Shown: in pieces, positions 20,559 through 30,362 of the stretch
How positions within the stretch are numbered: the stretch's first letter is position 1
Layout: each line of letters starts with the position of its first letter
Source: Verrucomicrobiota bacterium
GTDB lineage: Bacteria > Verrucomicrobiota > Verrucomicrobiia > Verrucomicrobiales > Akkermansiaceae
NCBI GenBank assembly: GCA_046052105.1
Contig: JBJOMZ010000001.1
Span: 596-64,595, forward strand
Direction: 5' to 3'
Length of the DNA stretch: 64,000 bases
Notes under the pieces: generated by a model
The model's input: only the letters and a program-made list of their open reading frames with translations
Databases searched by the model: none
Told to the model about the DNA's origin: nothing
Made by a program: the position numbers and the translations under genes

Positions 20559-21104
20559 TCAGGCCTTGAGCACACCGACGAATGGAAGATTGCGATAGCG
20601 ACCTTTGTAATCGAGCCCGTAGCCGACGACAAATTCATCGCCGATTTCAAAGCCAACGTAATCCGCCTGCACCTCTTCCTCGCGAGGTCGGTCCTTAGCT
20701 AACAATACTCCGGTGTGAACCGCAGCGCATCCCTCCTGCAGCAGTCGATCGCTAACGGCCTTGAGAGTGCGGCCGGTATCGAGGATGTCATCCAATAACA
20801 GCACATGGCGGCCTGTCACATCAGGCAGACTGTGATCGAGAAATTTCACCACGCCACTGCTTTCGGTGCCACCGTGATAACTCGCGACGTTGAGGCATTC
20901 GATCTCCAGCGGCCGAGGGATGCGGCGTAGCAAATCCGCGGCGAAGACGAAGGCCCCTTTCAGCAGCACGATGGCGACGATGGGGCCGGCGGGGAATTCT
21001 CGATCGATCTCTGCCGCCATGACGTCAAGGCGTCTCTCAATCACTTTTTCGTCGATCAATACGCGATCGACATCGGTCGCACGACCTAGTTCATCGGCAA
21101 TCAT
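20559..21104 (-). CDS. hpt: Hypoxanthine phosphoribosyltransferase
   Basis: PRPP-binding motif VLLLDDILDTGRTL, typical ~180-aa length and C-terminal YRNLPFVG. Confidence 0.9.
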   Translation of the reverse strand: MIADELGRATDVDRVLIDEKVIERRLDVMAAEIDREFPAGPIVAIVLLKGAFVFAADLLRRIPRPLEIECLNVASYHGGTESSGVVKFLDHSLPDVTGRHVLLLDDILDTGRTLKAVSDRLLQEGCAAVHTGVLLAKDRPREEEVQADYVGFEIGDEFVVGYGLDYKGRYRNLPFVGVLKA

Positions 21105-21439
21105 CGTTCGATGCGGAAAACGGTTTCACCCGGGCGATAGATATTAAGACGATCCCGGGCTTGGATTTCGAGATAAGTAGGATCATTCTTGATGGCATCC
21201 AGCTTGACTCGCAAGTAATCGAGTTGGCTTTCCGCCTGTTCTTCCCGTTCCCGCGCCTCCGCCAGCTCTCCCAATTTTTTCTGGTAGGCGTTCTTTTGTG
21301 GCAGGTAGGATAGGCTAAAAATCAACGAGAGTACGAGCAAGATGACCGTGATCAGAAACCCGTTCGTCGCGCGAATGAACTTCGTCTGCGCCTTCAGACG
21401 CTTGACGTTCTTTCGCGTATGTTTTTTGACAGTCATCAA
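21101..21439 (-). CDS. Septum formation initiator family protein (FtsB/DivIC-like)
   Basis: Single TM segment, coiled coil, then C-terminal DPTYLEIQARDRLNIYRPGETVF. Its stop overlaps the hpt start by 4 nt. Confidence 0.7.
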   Translation of the reverse strand: MMTVKKHTRKNVKRLKAQTKFIRATNGFLITVILLVLSLIFSLSYLPQKNAYQKKLGELAEAREREEQAESQLDYLRVKLDAIKNDPTYLEIQARDRLNIYRPGETVFRIER

Positions 21440-21550
21440 TCTCTTCGCGCTCTATACGCCAACCCCGCCCGCTTGCCAATGAAAGAATTGTGGGGTTCGT
21501 GCTTTTTTATCGCATCCGTCGCATCCTCGGAGTAGTGTCGATATCATCCC

Positions 21551-22390
21551 ATGCGCCGTTTGCTTCGTCCCCTTTGCCTCGTGTCGCTGAGCCTCATCGG
21601 TCTGCCGGTGCTGGCCATGGTTTCGTGCCAGCACAAACTGATCTATTTTCCTCGCTCTTATTCGCCAGCTCATGACGCGCAGTGGACTCAGCAAACCCGT
21701 GGTAGGATCCTGACCTGCCAAACATCGGAAGGACGCCAACAGGCCTATCTGTTTCGCCCGCGTCCGCAACAAGCGCCACAACGTCTGTGGTTGGTCTGCG
21801 GCGGTAATGGCACCTTGGCGACCGAGTGGACCTCGTTCATGAAAAACGAGGCTCCGCCGGAAGATGCTTATCTGCTGATCGACTACCCGGGCTACGGCAA
21901 CAACGAAGGAACACCCAGTCCGGCAAAAATCCGCGAGTCACTGCGCCGTCTCGTGCCGCTCGCCGCTGCTGAGTTGGCTTGGGACGAAGCCCAACTGCGT
22001 GAGCGCACCCGCCTCTTCGGCCATAGTCTCGGCTGTGCGGTGGCACTTGTGGCCGCTGAGGAATTTTCCCTGCGCCGCGGTGTGCTGATCGCGCCGTTCA
22101 CCAGCACCATGGATATGACCCGTGAACTGCTCGGCGTCGATGTCGGTTTTCTCGTCACGCATCGGTTCGATAACCGCAAGGCGCTGCAGCGGATTGCTGT
22201 CGATCCTGGAGCTCGCGTTCATCTGCTTCACGGTCTAAGGGATGGAGTGATTCCGGCTGAGATGTCCTGCCAGCTGCATCGCATCGCACCACCGCTGTTC
22301 CCCTTGACTCTCTGCGAAAATTGCGGGCATAACGATTGGCAGATCACACAGACGCAGAGGATTGCCGATGCCATGAAAGCCGTAGAATGA
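21551..22390 (+). CDS. Alpha/beta hydrolase
   Basis: Nucleophile elbow GHSLG (LFGHSLGCAVA), late His (CGHND) and a signal/lipoprotein-like N-terminus. Confidence 0.7.
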   Translation: MRRLLRPLCLVSLSLIGLPVLAMVSCQHKLIYFPRSYSPAHDAQWTQQTRGRILTCQTSEGRQQAYLFRPRPQQAPQRLWLVCGGNGTLATEWTSFMKNEAPPEDAYLLIDYPGYGNNEGTPSPAKIRESLRRLVPLAAAELAWDEAQLRERTRLFGHSLGCAVALVAAEEFSLRRGVLIAPFTSTMDMTRELLGVDVGFLVTHRFDNRKALQRIAVDPGARVHLLHGLRDGVIPAEMSCQLHRIAPPLFPLTLCENCGHNDWQITQTQRIADAMKAVE

Positions 22391-22394
22391 CGCC

Positions 22395-23468
22395 ATGAAA
22401 GCCCGTGCACGCACCGTCTTGATCACCGGAGGAGCGGGTTTCATCGGCTCCAACCTGATCATGCGTATCCTGGAAACCAGTGACTGGCATGTCATCCATC
22501 TTGACGCCCTCACTTACGCAGGCAATCTGGAGGGCTGGGGCGAATCTTTTCCCCATGAGAGACACCGTCTGGTACGCGGATGCATCACCGATGCCACGTT
22601 GGTGAGGCAATTGCTGCGAGAACACCAACCGCAAGCGGTGATGCACCTGGCCGCGGAGTCGCATGTGGATCGTTCCATCGATGGTCCTGCGGTATTCGTG
22701 CGCACGAATGTCATGGGCACGGCAAATTTGTTAGAGCAGACGCTGCACTACTGGCAGCATTTGCCCGAAGTCGAAAAGCGGGGTTTCCGTTTCCTCCACC
22801 TTTCCACGGATGAGGTCTTCGGCTCGCTGGCTCCCGATGATGCTCCATTCAGCGAAAATACGAGTTATGCGCCGCGCTCCCCGTATTCCGCGACCAAGGC
22901 CGCGGCGGATCATCTGGTTGGAGCATGGCACCACACCTACGGCTTCCCCAGTATCATCGCCCATGCCTCGAACAATTACGGCCCGCGCCAGTTTCCGGAA
23001 AAACTGATTCCGCTCGCCATTCTCAAGATGCTGCGGGGAGAAGCCATTCCGCTCTACGGAGATGGCTCGCAAATCCGCGATTGGCTGCACGTCCACGACC
23101 ACTGCCGCGCGTTGCTTGAGATACTCGAAAGGGGCAGGGTGGGCGATCGCTACCTCCTTGGCAGCGGTCGCGAAACCAGGAACCGGGAACTGTTGCTCAT
23201 GCTCTGTGATATCATGGATGAACGATATCCTCGGGCTGATGGCTTGCGCCATGAAACTTCGATCCGCATGGTTGCTGACCGACCCGGCCACGACCAGCGT
23301 TACGCCATCGATTCATCCCGCATGCGCGACCAACTCGGTTGGCAACCGCAGATCACTTTGGCGCAGGGTCTGAGTGATACCGTCGATTGGTATCTGAAAC
23401 ATCGACCATGGTGGGAGACGATTTTGCAGCAGCGTTACGCCATGGAACGGCTCGGGCGCTCACTCTGA
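22395..23468 (+). CDS. rfbB: dTDP-glucose 4,6-dehydratase
   Basis: VLITGGAGFIGSN, YSATKAA catalytic motif and HLAAESHVDRS. Confidence 0.9.
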   Translation: MKARARTVLITGGAGFIGSNLIMRILETSDWHVIHLDALTYAGNLEGWGESFPHERHRLVRGCITDATLVRQLLREHQPQAVMHLAAESHVDRSIDGPAVFVRTNVMGTANLLEQTLHYWQHLPEVEKRGFRFLHLSTDEVFGSLAPDDAPFSENTSYAPRSPYSATKAAADHLVGAWHHTYGFPSIIAHASNNYGPRQFPEKLIPLAILKMLRGEAIPLYGDGSQIRDWLHVHDHCRALLEILERGRVGDRYLLGSGRETRNRELLLMLCDIMDERYPRADGLRHETSIRMVADRPGHDQRYAIDSSRMRDQLGWQPQITLAQGLSDTVDWYLKHRPWWETILQQRYAMERLGRSL

Positions 23469-23473
23469 CCAGT

Positions 23474-24112
23474 TCATCGCCCTGAGAGATACTGACGGAC
23501 TTTTTCGCCTTTCATCACAACGAGCACTACGATGGGGTAGGTGAAGGTGATAAGAATGGTGAACACTTGTGAATATTGCGCAACCAAGCCCATGGTATCA
23601 CCCATACCGCCGGGCAGGCCCTGATACATCGCATCCGTCATGCGTTTGGTGGCGGGCATGACAAAAGAAATCGTATAGACCAAGCTGATGATCTTGGTGA
23701 CGATGGAAGTCCAAGCGTAGCGGATCGAAGTCACCCTGCCGCTTTCTCGTGACTTGAGTAGGCCGATGCCGGCAATGATGAGCATGACAGCGAGAGCGAA
23801 ACTGAAGATGCATGAGATGTAGGTAAAGGGCTTGAGCTCGTTCATGTATTGCGCCATGGCCGTTTCCTGAGTTCCGCCCGATGATCCTCCGGGCATCGAA
23901 CCGCCGAGCATGCTCTTGGACATTCCCTGGAAAACCATAGATCCCAAAACACTGAACACGGCTGTGAACATGCCATATGCCGCGATCACCAGATGCATGA
24001 TGCCGAAGACCTTGATACTGCCGGGCTCCTGAATCAGGGTTTCTGGGCTATATGGCGGAGGTTGAGGCATCATGTGAGACGGTGGCGCGTCATAAGGCGA
24101 TGATTCATTCAT
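23474..24112 (-). CDS. Hypothetical integral membrane protein with a Pro-rich N-terminus
   Basis: Four predicted hydrophobic helices. No recognisable family. Confidence 0.5.
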   Translation of the reverse strand: MNESSPYDAPPSHMMPQPPPYSPETLIQEPGSIKVFGIMHLVIAAYGMFTAVFSVLGSMVFQGMSKSMLGGSMPGGSSGGTQETAMAQYMNELKPFTYISCIFSFALAVMLIIAGIGLLKSRESGRVTSIRYAWTSIVTKIISLVYTISFVMPATKRMTDAMYQGLPGGMGDTMGLVAQYSQVFTILITFTYPIVVLVVMKGEKVRQYLSGR

Positions 24113-24318
24113 GATGAGCGATCATACGCAACCGATGCGCCCTGGCAACCCGATAATCGATTCGATTGCGTCAGAAATTCCCCTCATTCCATTGGTTCGC
24201 AGATGCCTTATTCTCGCCACCCTGAGCCGCAGCGAACAAATTTCTTTGATTTTCGCTATTGCCAAGAGCGGCACACCCCGCTATGGCTCGCTGCGGCAAC
24301 AACCAAACCAACACACCC

Positions 24319-24558
24319 ATGTCAGACAAGAGTACCGAAGATCGTGTAAAAGATATCATTGTGGAGCAACTCGGCGTGAACGCTGACCTTGTGACCACCA
24401 ACGCTAAATTCATCGAAGACCTTGGTGCCGATTCTCTCGATACCGTTGAGCTGGTGATGGCGTTTGAAGAAGAATTCGGCATCGAGGTGCCGGATGAAGC
24501 CGCGGAAAAACTCCTCTCCGTGGGTGATGTGGTAAGCTACATCGAGTCGAACGCGTAA
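24319..24558 (+). CDS. acpP: Acyl carrier protein
   Basis: [20 protein letters not shown]...[20 protein letters not shown], with the phosphopantetheine Ser in DSLD. The start is an internal ATG of ORF 24259..24558. Confidence 0.95.
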   Translation: MSDKSTEDRVKDIIVEQLGVNADLVTTNAKFIEDLGADSLDTVELVMAFEEEFGIEVPDEAAEKLLSVGDVVSYIESNA

Positions 24559-24611
24559 TTTCCGTTCACTCGGCTGCGTGGCCCCCATGCCCAGCCGTTT
24601 GGCATCGATGC

Positions 24612-24648
24612 GGGGCGGTTTTTGCAAAAAAACCGCCCTGTTTCTTTG
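24612..24648 (+). terminator. Putative terminator after acpP
   Basis: Hairpin gggcggttttt-gc-aaaaaaaccgccc (24613-24638), followed by tgtttcttt. Confidence 0.5.
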
Positions 24649-24705
24649 GTGAGCGGCTGCTTCTTCGTTTTGCTTTTTGCCGATTTGCAGCGAATATTCC
24701 CGCAC

Positions 24706-25239
24706 ATGAATCTCTCGCGCGACAATTTTCTCTACGCCATGGAAACGAGCCGGGTTCTGCATGAGCCCGACCGACGCATCGCCACGTTCGGTGAAACACG
24801 TTTTCAATTCCAACTCGTCAGCGAACCGATGGATCGGGCGGGCGAAGTGCGCATTCGCACTGGTGAAATGGAGGCTTGCAAGCCTCTGTTAATCCGGCCG
24901 GTTCCCGAAATGGAATGGGAGGGCTTTGACGATGAGTCCCGCGAGCGACTCGGCTCTTTGCTGGAAAATCTACGCCAACAGGGGCTGGACCTTGCTTTTC
25001 TCCAATACGGCTTCCGCTTCCGCCGCACGAACGTTACCGAGGAGATCGTGCATGAACCGATGGATGCGGTCTGTGAGCGTTTGCTGGAAGATGTGCGTCG
25101 CACTGGCAATCCCATGCTGGCGATTCTGGAAGGGGTGGACGATCATTGGGAAATTGCTTTGGTGAAATTCTCTTTGGAAATGATCGCCCAATCGCACGCG
25201 ATCAACCGCTTCGATCTGCAACGCAAAAAATTGCTCTAA
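24706..25239 (+). CDS. Hypothetical protein
   Basis: Coding-like ORF. The likely start is MNLSRDNFLY at 24706, downstream of the acpP terminator hairpin. No family recognised. Confidence 0.5.
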   Translation: MNLSRDNFLYAMETSRVLHEPDRRIATFGETRFQFQLVSEPMDRAGEVRIRTGEMEACKPLLIRPVPEMEWEGFDDESRERLGSLLENLRQQGLDLAFLQYGFRFRRTNVTEEIVHEPMDAVCERLLEDVRRTGNPMLAILEGVDDHWEIALVKFSLEMIAQSHAINRFDLQRKKLL

Positions 25240-25249
25240 TGCCGCCGTC

Positions 25250-26134
25250 ATGCGTGTCTGGACTTTTGTGAAACTGGTTTGTGCCCTGGTCGTGGCGACC
25301 ATCGTGGCCCTGTCGGTCTATTTCACCATGCACGTGATGGGCAAGCCGGTCCCCGCACCTCTGGCGCGGTTGTTTCTGCAATGGATGCCGGAACCGGAAC
25401 GGCTGCTGGCAGATCCCGCCAACGAGCACGAAAAAGCGCTGGATCTCCCGGAAATGGTGGATATCGAACCCGGCGATAAAGCCTTTCAAAAAGCCGCTGA
25501 GTTGTTGGCCACTGGCAAAATTGCCGAGGCCCGTGAGAAACTTTTGTTTTTGATCAATTACTATCCTACATCGAACGCGGCACCGATGGCCCGTCAAATC
25601 CTGGGTGAAATGAATCTGGACGATTTTCTCTCCCTGCATAACAACCCGCACCTTGTTACTTACCAGGTCAAACGCGGCGATTCCTATTTGGGCATCACCG
25701 CGAAGAGCCAAACGACGCTGGACGCATTGATGCACTTCAACGCCCTGTTGGAAATGAGACCGCTGCAACCGAGTGACGAGTTGAACATCATGCCGCTCAA
25801 CCTCCGGGTGGTGATCGAACCGAAACGCGAAACCCTCAGTTTATGGAATGGCGGCACTTTTCTCAAAGAATACCGGATGATCAAAACCATTTCCCTGCCC
25901 ACCACAACGACCACCCTGAAAATCATCAACAAAAACGGCATGCTTGGTGAAAGGAGTGTTGCTGCCGGGATGAAGGGTTATCTCGAATCGCAGAAAGTCA
26001 TCACTCTCGACCGCAAGTTGTTGATCGTCGCCGCTGGGAATTCCACCGTTCCCGGGTGCCATTTGCAGCCGGCCGACACCGAAGAACTCGCCCTTTTGCT
26101 CCGCGTAGGAAATGAGGTGGAAATCCGTCCGTAA
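25250..26134 (+). CDS. LysM domain-containing membrane-anchored protein
   Basis: N-terminal TM segment and a LysM-like segment YQVKRGDSYLGITAKSQTTLDALMHFN. Confidence 0.6.
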   Translation: MRVWTFVKLVCALVVATIVALSVYFTMHVMGKPVPAPLARLFLQWMPEPERLLADPANEHEKALDLPEMVDIEPGDKAFQKAAELLATGKIAEAREKLLFLINYYPTSNAAPMARQILGEMNLDDFLSLHNNPHLVTYQVKRGDSYLGITAKSQTTLDALMHFNALLEMRPLQPSDELNIMPLNLRVVIEPKRETLSLWNGGTFLKEYRMIKTISLPTTTTTLKIINKNGMLGERSVAAGMKGYLESQKVITLDRKLLIVAAGNSTVPGCHLQPADTEELALLLRVGNEVEIRP

Positions 26135-26157
26135 TCCTGTTACACTCCCGTCACGCC

Positions 26158-27114
26158 ATGATCCAGTTGCTCGAATTTGAAAAGCCCATCGCCGAAATGG
26201 AACGCGAATTGGAAAAACTCCGCGACAAGGCGGATTCGCAAAACATCGACCTTTCGGCGCAAATTTCCGAGATGGAGGAAAAGCTCGCCCAGACCCGTGT
26301 TTCCCTGTATCAGGATCTCACACCTTGGCAACGGGTGCAAATCGCCCGCCACGTACAACGACCGTATATGCTCGACTATGTCTCACTGGCGTTCACGGAT
26401 TTCTGTGAGCTGCATGGCGACCGCCACATCGGCGATGATAAGTCCATGCCTGCGGGACTCGCCATGCTGGGCGATCGCAAGGTCATGGTGATCGGTCACC
26501 AAAAGGGGCGCGATACCAAAGAAAATCTCCTGCGGAATTTCGGCAGTGCCCATCCAGAAGGTTATCGCAAAGCGATCCGGCTGATGCGATTGGCGGAAAA
26601 ATTCCGCATCCCCATCGTCTGCCTTATCGATACCCCCGGTGCATTCCCCGGCATCGGCGCGGAGGAGCGCAACATTGCTGAAGCCATCGGCTACAACCTG
26701 CGCGAAATGATGCTGATCAAGGTGCCCATCGTCGCTGTGGTTCTCGGTGAAGGCGGCTCCGGCGGTGCCCTCGGCATCGGCGTGGCGGATCGCGTGCTGA
26801 TGATGGAAAATGCCTACTACTCGGTGATCAGTCCGGAAGGTTGCGCGGCGATTTTGTGGAAACACCGCAAGCACGCGCCCGAGGCGGCGGAGGCAATGAA
26901 AATCGCGGCGCCGGATTTGAAAAAACTGAATCTGATCGACGGCGTGATTGCCGAACCGATCGGCGGCGCACATCACGATCACGCTGCGGCGGCCCTCGCG
27001 CTGCGCGAGGAAGTGAGCCGGCATTTGGAGGAGTTGCTCACGCTCGCTCCCGTGGATTTGCTGAAACAGCGCTACGAAAAATTCCGCCAATACGGCGACT
27101 GGCAGGGCAAGTGA
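26158..27114 (+). CDS. accA: Acetyl-CoA carboxylase carboxyltransferase subunit alpha
   Basis: Full-length match in character: IARHVQRPYMLDY, LIDTPGAFPGIGAEERN, GEGGSGGALGIGV. Confidence 0.95.
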   Translation: MIQLLEFEKPIAEMERELEKLRDKADSQNIDLSAQISEMEEKLAQTRVSLYQDLTPWQRVQIARHVQRPYMLDYVSLAFTDFCELHGDRHIGDDKSMPAGLAMLGDRKVMVIGHQKGRDTKENLLRNFGSAHPEGYRKAIRLMRLAEKFRIPIVCLIDTPGAFPGIGAEERNIAEAIGYNLREMMLIKVPIVAVVLGEGGSGGALGIGVADRVLMMENAYYSVISPEGCAAILWKHRKHAPEAAEAMKIAAPDLKKLNLIDGVIAEPIGGAHHDHAAAALALREEVSRHLEELLTLAPVDLLKQRYEKFRQYGDWQGK

Positions 27115-27179
27115 CCGCGTGTCCCCCCGGTAGCAATTCACTTGGCAAGCCTGCTTGGTGTTGCTAGGTTTCGCGCGCC

Positions 27180-28577
27180 ATGAGCGACTTCTCTCCCGTC
27201 GAAGCAAAAATGAAAGCGGCCGGTGTGTCGCATGCGGCCATCGAGGCGTTTCGCCGGAATTTCGGTGCGCTCGTGCGCCGTGAATCCGGGTTGATCGAGG
27301 AATCCGCCATCACCCCGGCCCGTGGCTTGGCCGATTGGGCGAAGTTGTGCGCCAGTGCCCCGCAGCCTGACGCCTCACGTCTCGGCGAAGTGGTGGTGAT
27401 CAAACTCAATGGTGGCCTCGGCACAAGCATGGGCCTGCAAGCCGCCAAGAGCTTGCTTGCCGTGCGTGATGGTGCGACCTTTCTCGACATCATGGTGCGA
27501 CAGATCCAGTTCCTCCGCGCATCCAGCGGGGAAAAGGTCCGGTTGCTGCTGATGAATAGCTTCAACACCAGCGAGGATACACTCGCCCACTTGCAACGCT
27601 ACCGCAGCGAGGGCTTCGCGGATGCCGCAGAGGTGGAGTTGATGCAGAATCAGGTGCCAAAGCTCGATGCCACATCCCTAGCCCCCGTGGCCTGGCCCCA
27701 GGATCCCGAGCTGGAATGGTGCCCCCCCGGTCACGGCGACCTCTATCCTGCGCTGGTCGGCAGTGGTTGGCTGGACCGACTCCTCGCCGCTGGCGTGAAA
27801 TACGCCTTCGTGTCAAATTCCGACAACCTCGGCGCTGTAATGGAACCTGCTCTGTTGGAATATTTCGCCACTAGTGGCGCGCCCTTTTTGATGGAAGTGA
27901 CACGCCGCACCAGCGCCGACCGAAAGGGTGGTCACCTCGCCGTGCGACAGAACGATGGCCAGTTGCTCTTGCGCGAAGTCGCCCAGTGCCCGGCCATGGA
28001 CTTGGAGGAATTCCAAAACATCGACAAACATCAATACTTTAACACGAACAATCTTTGGCTGCGTCTCGATGCCCTGCGCGATCTGCTCGCCCAGTGCGAT
28101 GGTGTGTTGCCGCTGCCCATGATTGTCAATCGCAAGACCGTGGACCCGCGCGACAAGAATTCCACCCCCGTCATCCAACTCGAGGTCGCCATGGGGGCCG
28201 CCATCGAATGCTTCGCCGGAGCCGCCGCCATCGAGGTGCCGCGCAGCCGCTTCGCACCGGTGAAGACCACCGCTGATCTTTTCAGCCTGCGCTCCGATGC
28301 CTACGAAGTCGGTCATGATGGTCGCGTGAAACTTTGCGATGTCCGCCAAGGCGTGCCACCTGATGTGGTGATGGACGACCACTACAAACTCGTGGACTCC
28401 ATCGAAGGCATCGGCATGCCCTCGCTCATTGACTGCACCCGCCTCGAAATCCAAGGGCCCGTGACCTTTGCCGACGGCGTGGTGATTCAGGGCAAAGTGC
28501 GCATCGAAAACCCAGGCTCCTCCGCGGCTACGGTGACGGCGGGAATCTATCGGGACACCACCGTGATCCTTCGATAA
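27180..28577 (+). CDS. UTP--glucose-1-phosphate uridylyltransferase, UDPGP (eukaryote-type) family
   Basis: VIKLNGGLGTSMG nucleotide-binding motif. The ~465-aa length is typical of UGP/UAP-type pyrophosphorylases, not GalU. Confidence 0.85.
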   Translation: MSDFSPVEAKMKAAGVSHAAIEAFRRNFGALVRRESGLIEESAITPARGLADWAKLCASAPQPDASRLGEVVVIKLNGGLGTSMGLQAAKSLLAVRDGATFLDIMVRQIQFLRASSGEKVRLLLMNSFNTSEDTLAHLQRYRSEGFADAAEVELMQNQVPKLDATSLAPVAWPQDPELEWCPPGHGDLYPALVGSGWLDRLLAAGVKYAFVSNSDNLGAVMEPALLEYFATSGAPFLMEVTRRTSADRKGGHLAVRQNDGQLLLREVAQCPAMDLEEFQNIDKHQYFNTNNLWLRLDALRDLLAQCDGVLPLPMIVNRKTVDPRDKNSTPVIQLEVAMGAAIECFAGAAAIEVPRSRFAPVKTTADLFSLRSDAYEVGHDGRVKLCDVRQGVPPDVVMDDHYKLVDSIEGIGMPSLIDCTRLEIQGPVTFADGVVIQGKVRIENPGSSAATVTAGIYRDTTVILR

Positions 28578-28796
28578 AATCGACACAATCGACTTTCTGA
28601 AGCCATTTGATGGGATCGTTTTTTTGTAGATCAACCGCTTCATACTTGCTCCTCACGACCCGATGCAGCATGCTGATCTGCGAACGTTTGTGACAAACTC
28701 CTTGGTCTAGCAAAGAAAACCTGATGTTGCATCAATCGAAATACTCGCTTACTACAACGGTCGAACGGGATAAGAACACATATCGTTCTTGAGATC

Positions 28797-29105
28797 ATGA
28801 AGAGGCTTCTTAGCAACCGAAAGATTCTCGTGGCAATTGCTGTCATTTTGCTTCTTTTCGTCGCGTCTTATATCAACGCAAGGAAGGTAGCTGATGATCT
28901 CGTCGGTGTGCAGCCTGCCTACGTAATTCCATGGTTTCAGCCATTACGGCACGGACAAATGAGCCCGCGTTGGGGGTTTACTTATTGGTCTGGTGGCGCG
29001 ACGGGAGGAATGATCGCGGAGGTCCACATATCGCTCTTCGGCATCATCAAATACAGGAAAGGTATGCGGGTTTCTGGCTCCAATATTCATGGCGTTGAAG
29101 AATGA
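28797..29105 (+). CDS. Hypothetical small membrane-anchored protein
   Basis: N-terminal TM segment (ILVAIAVILLLFVASYI) in a lower-GC patch. No family recognised. Confidence 0.3.
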   Translation: MKRLLSNRKILVAIAVILLLFVASYINARKVADDLVGVQPAYVIPWFQPLRHGQMSPRWGFTYWSGGATGGMIAEVHISLFGIIKYRKGMRVSGSNIHGVEE

Positions 29106-29241
29106 GAAAAGACCGGAGAACCAGGCGCATCGTGCAACCACAGCCAGTCGTTCAGTTTTGATGATTTTATCTGACTACAACATCAACCCTGTGATCCACT
29201 CTCGCCCTCAGTCAGGCGAAGCAGGACTCGGCATACGAAAA

Positions 29242-29649
29242 ATGAAGATACTCCTTTGTGTAGTCCTATGCATGCTCAGCGTCAATTGCTCTGGCGTCTT
29301 GTTGATTCGCGAGTATTCTCCGGGAAGAAGGTTTTCGCAGTCAGATCTGCAGAAAGTAGCACATACTGCCCAAAAACATGGTTTCAAAGAGGAAGATTCA
29401 AAGAATTGGGTAAAAGCGGAAGGCGTTGTGGATTTCCTTTCCATGAGATTGAATCCTGATGGGGAGACACTTGTGTTCGGCAGTTGTTTGCTGCCCGGTC
29501 CAACACTTTATGTATATCCAGGACCGGACCGATGGACAAAAAGCAAAGAGGCTCAAGTAGAATCCATCGTTTCTCATTTAGAAGAGCAAGGCCTTACGCT
29601 TCAACTCATGCGCCCTGGTTTTCGCTGCCAGCAAGTGAGCAAAGACTGA
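29242..29649 (+). CDS. Hypothetical lipoprotein
   Basis: Internal ATG gives MKILLCVVLCMLSVNCSG (lipobox-like). The 3' end overlaps the convergent methyltransferase gene by ~49 nt. Confidence 0.4.
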   Translation: MKILLCVVLCMLSVNCSGVLLIREYSPGRRFSQSDLQKVAHTAQKHGFKEEDSKNWVKAEGVVDFLSMRLNPDGETLVFGSCLLPGPTLYVYPGPDRWTKSKEAQVESIVSHLEEQGLTLQLMRPGFRCQQVSKD

Positions 29650-30362
29650 GACCATTGGAATTTCCGAGCCGTCTCGCGGATGAGGAATGGCTCATGGCAG
29701 TGATGGCGGAGGGTAAAGTAGGGAGATAGCAATCCGCAGAGCCAGGAAAAGGTATCACCCTCTGGCCATGCATCTGATGGGGTGAATTCTTCCAGCCACG
29801 TGCAGGGAGTGGCGAGGATCAGTTCTCCGCCGGGACGGACCAGATCTGGAAGGCGCTCGATGAGTGCCAGCGGCTGCGGGAGGCGGCAAATGAGGTTCGC
29901 TGCGTGGACGCGGTCAAAGCTGCCGAGGTCGCCGCGCAGGTTCATGGCATCGCCTTGCTCAAAGTTGCAGCGTTCCCGTTTTCCGCGAGCTTTTGCAGTT
30001 AAGACTTGGTGGATCCCACCTTCATCATGGCGTTGGTAGGGAATGATATTTCCTCGTTGCAGTTGCTGCGCGGCGCGGATGAAGGCGTGAGAGTAATCGA
30101 TGCCGATCACCTGCTCGCATTGTTCCGCCATGGCGAAAGTGGAAGCGCCCACGGCACAACCGAGATCCAGCCCGCGCTCCACGGGGAAGTCACCGAAGTA
30201 CCCCACCGTGCGACGGGTAAATCCCAGCGCCTCGCGCATGGCCGCAGGGTAGGGGATTTCTGCATGGCCGAATACCTCAGCTTCACTACCATAGTGAAAC
30301 AGCAAATACTCGTCTAACAGACGCGGCGACTCGTAGATGTTCGATTCGGCCACGGCGCTCAA
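29601..30362 (-). CDS. Class I SAM-dependent methyltransferase, resembling the OvoA C-terminal / putative 4-mercaptohistidine N1-methyltransferase family
   Basis: SAM motif I LDLGCAVGASTF. The N-terminal YESPRLLDEYLLFHYG is, as I recall, characteristic of that family (family assignment from memory, not searched). Confidence 0.7.
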   Translation of the reverse strand: MSAVAESNIYESPRLLDEYLLFHYGSEAEVFGHAEIPYPAAMREALGFTRRTVGYFGDFPVERGLDLGCAVGASTFAMAEQCEQVIGIDYSHAFIRAAQQLQRGNIIPYQRHDEGGIHQVLTAKARGKRERCNFEQGDAMNLRGDLGSFDRVHAANLICRLPQPLALIERLPDLVRPGGELILATPCTWLEEFTPSDAWPEGDTFSWLCGLLSPYFTLRHHCHEPFLIRETARKFQWSQSLLTCWQRKPGRMS

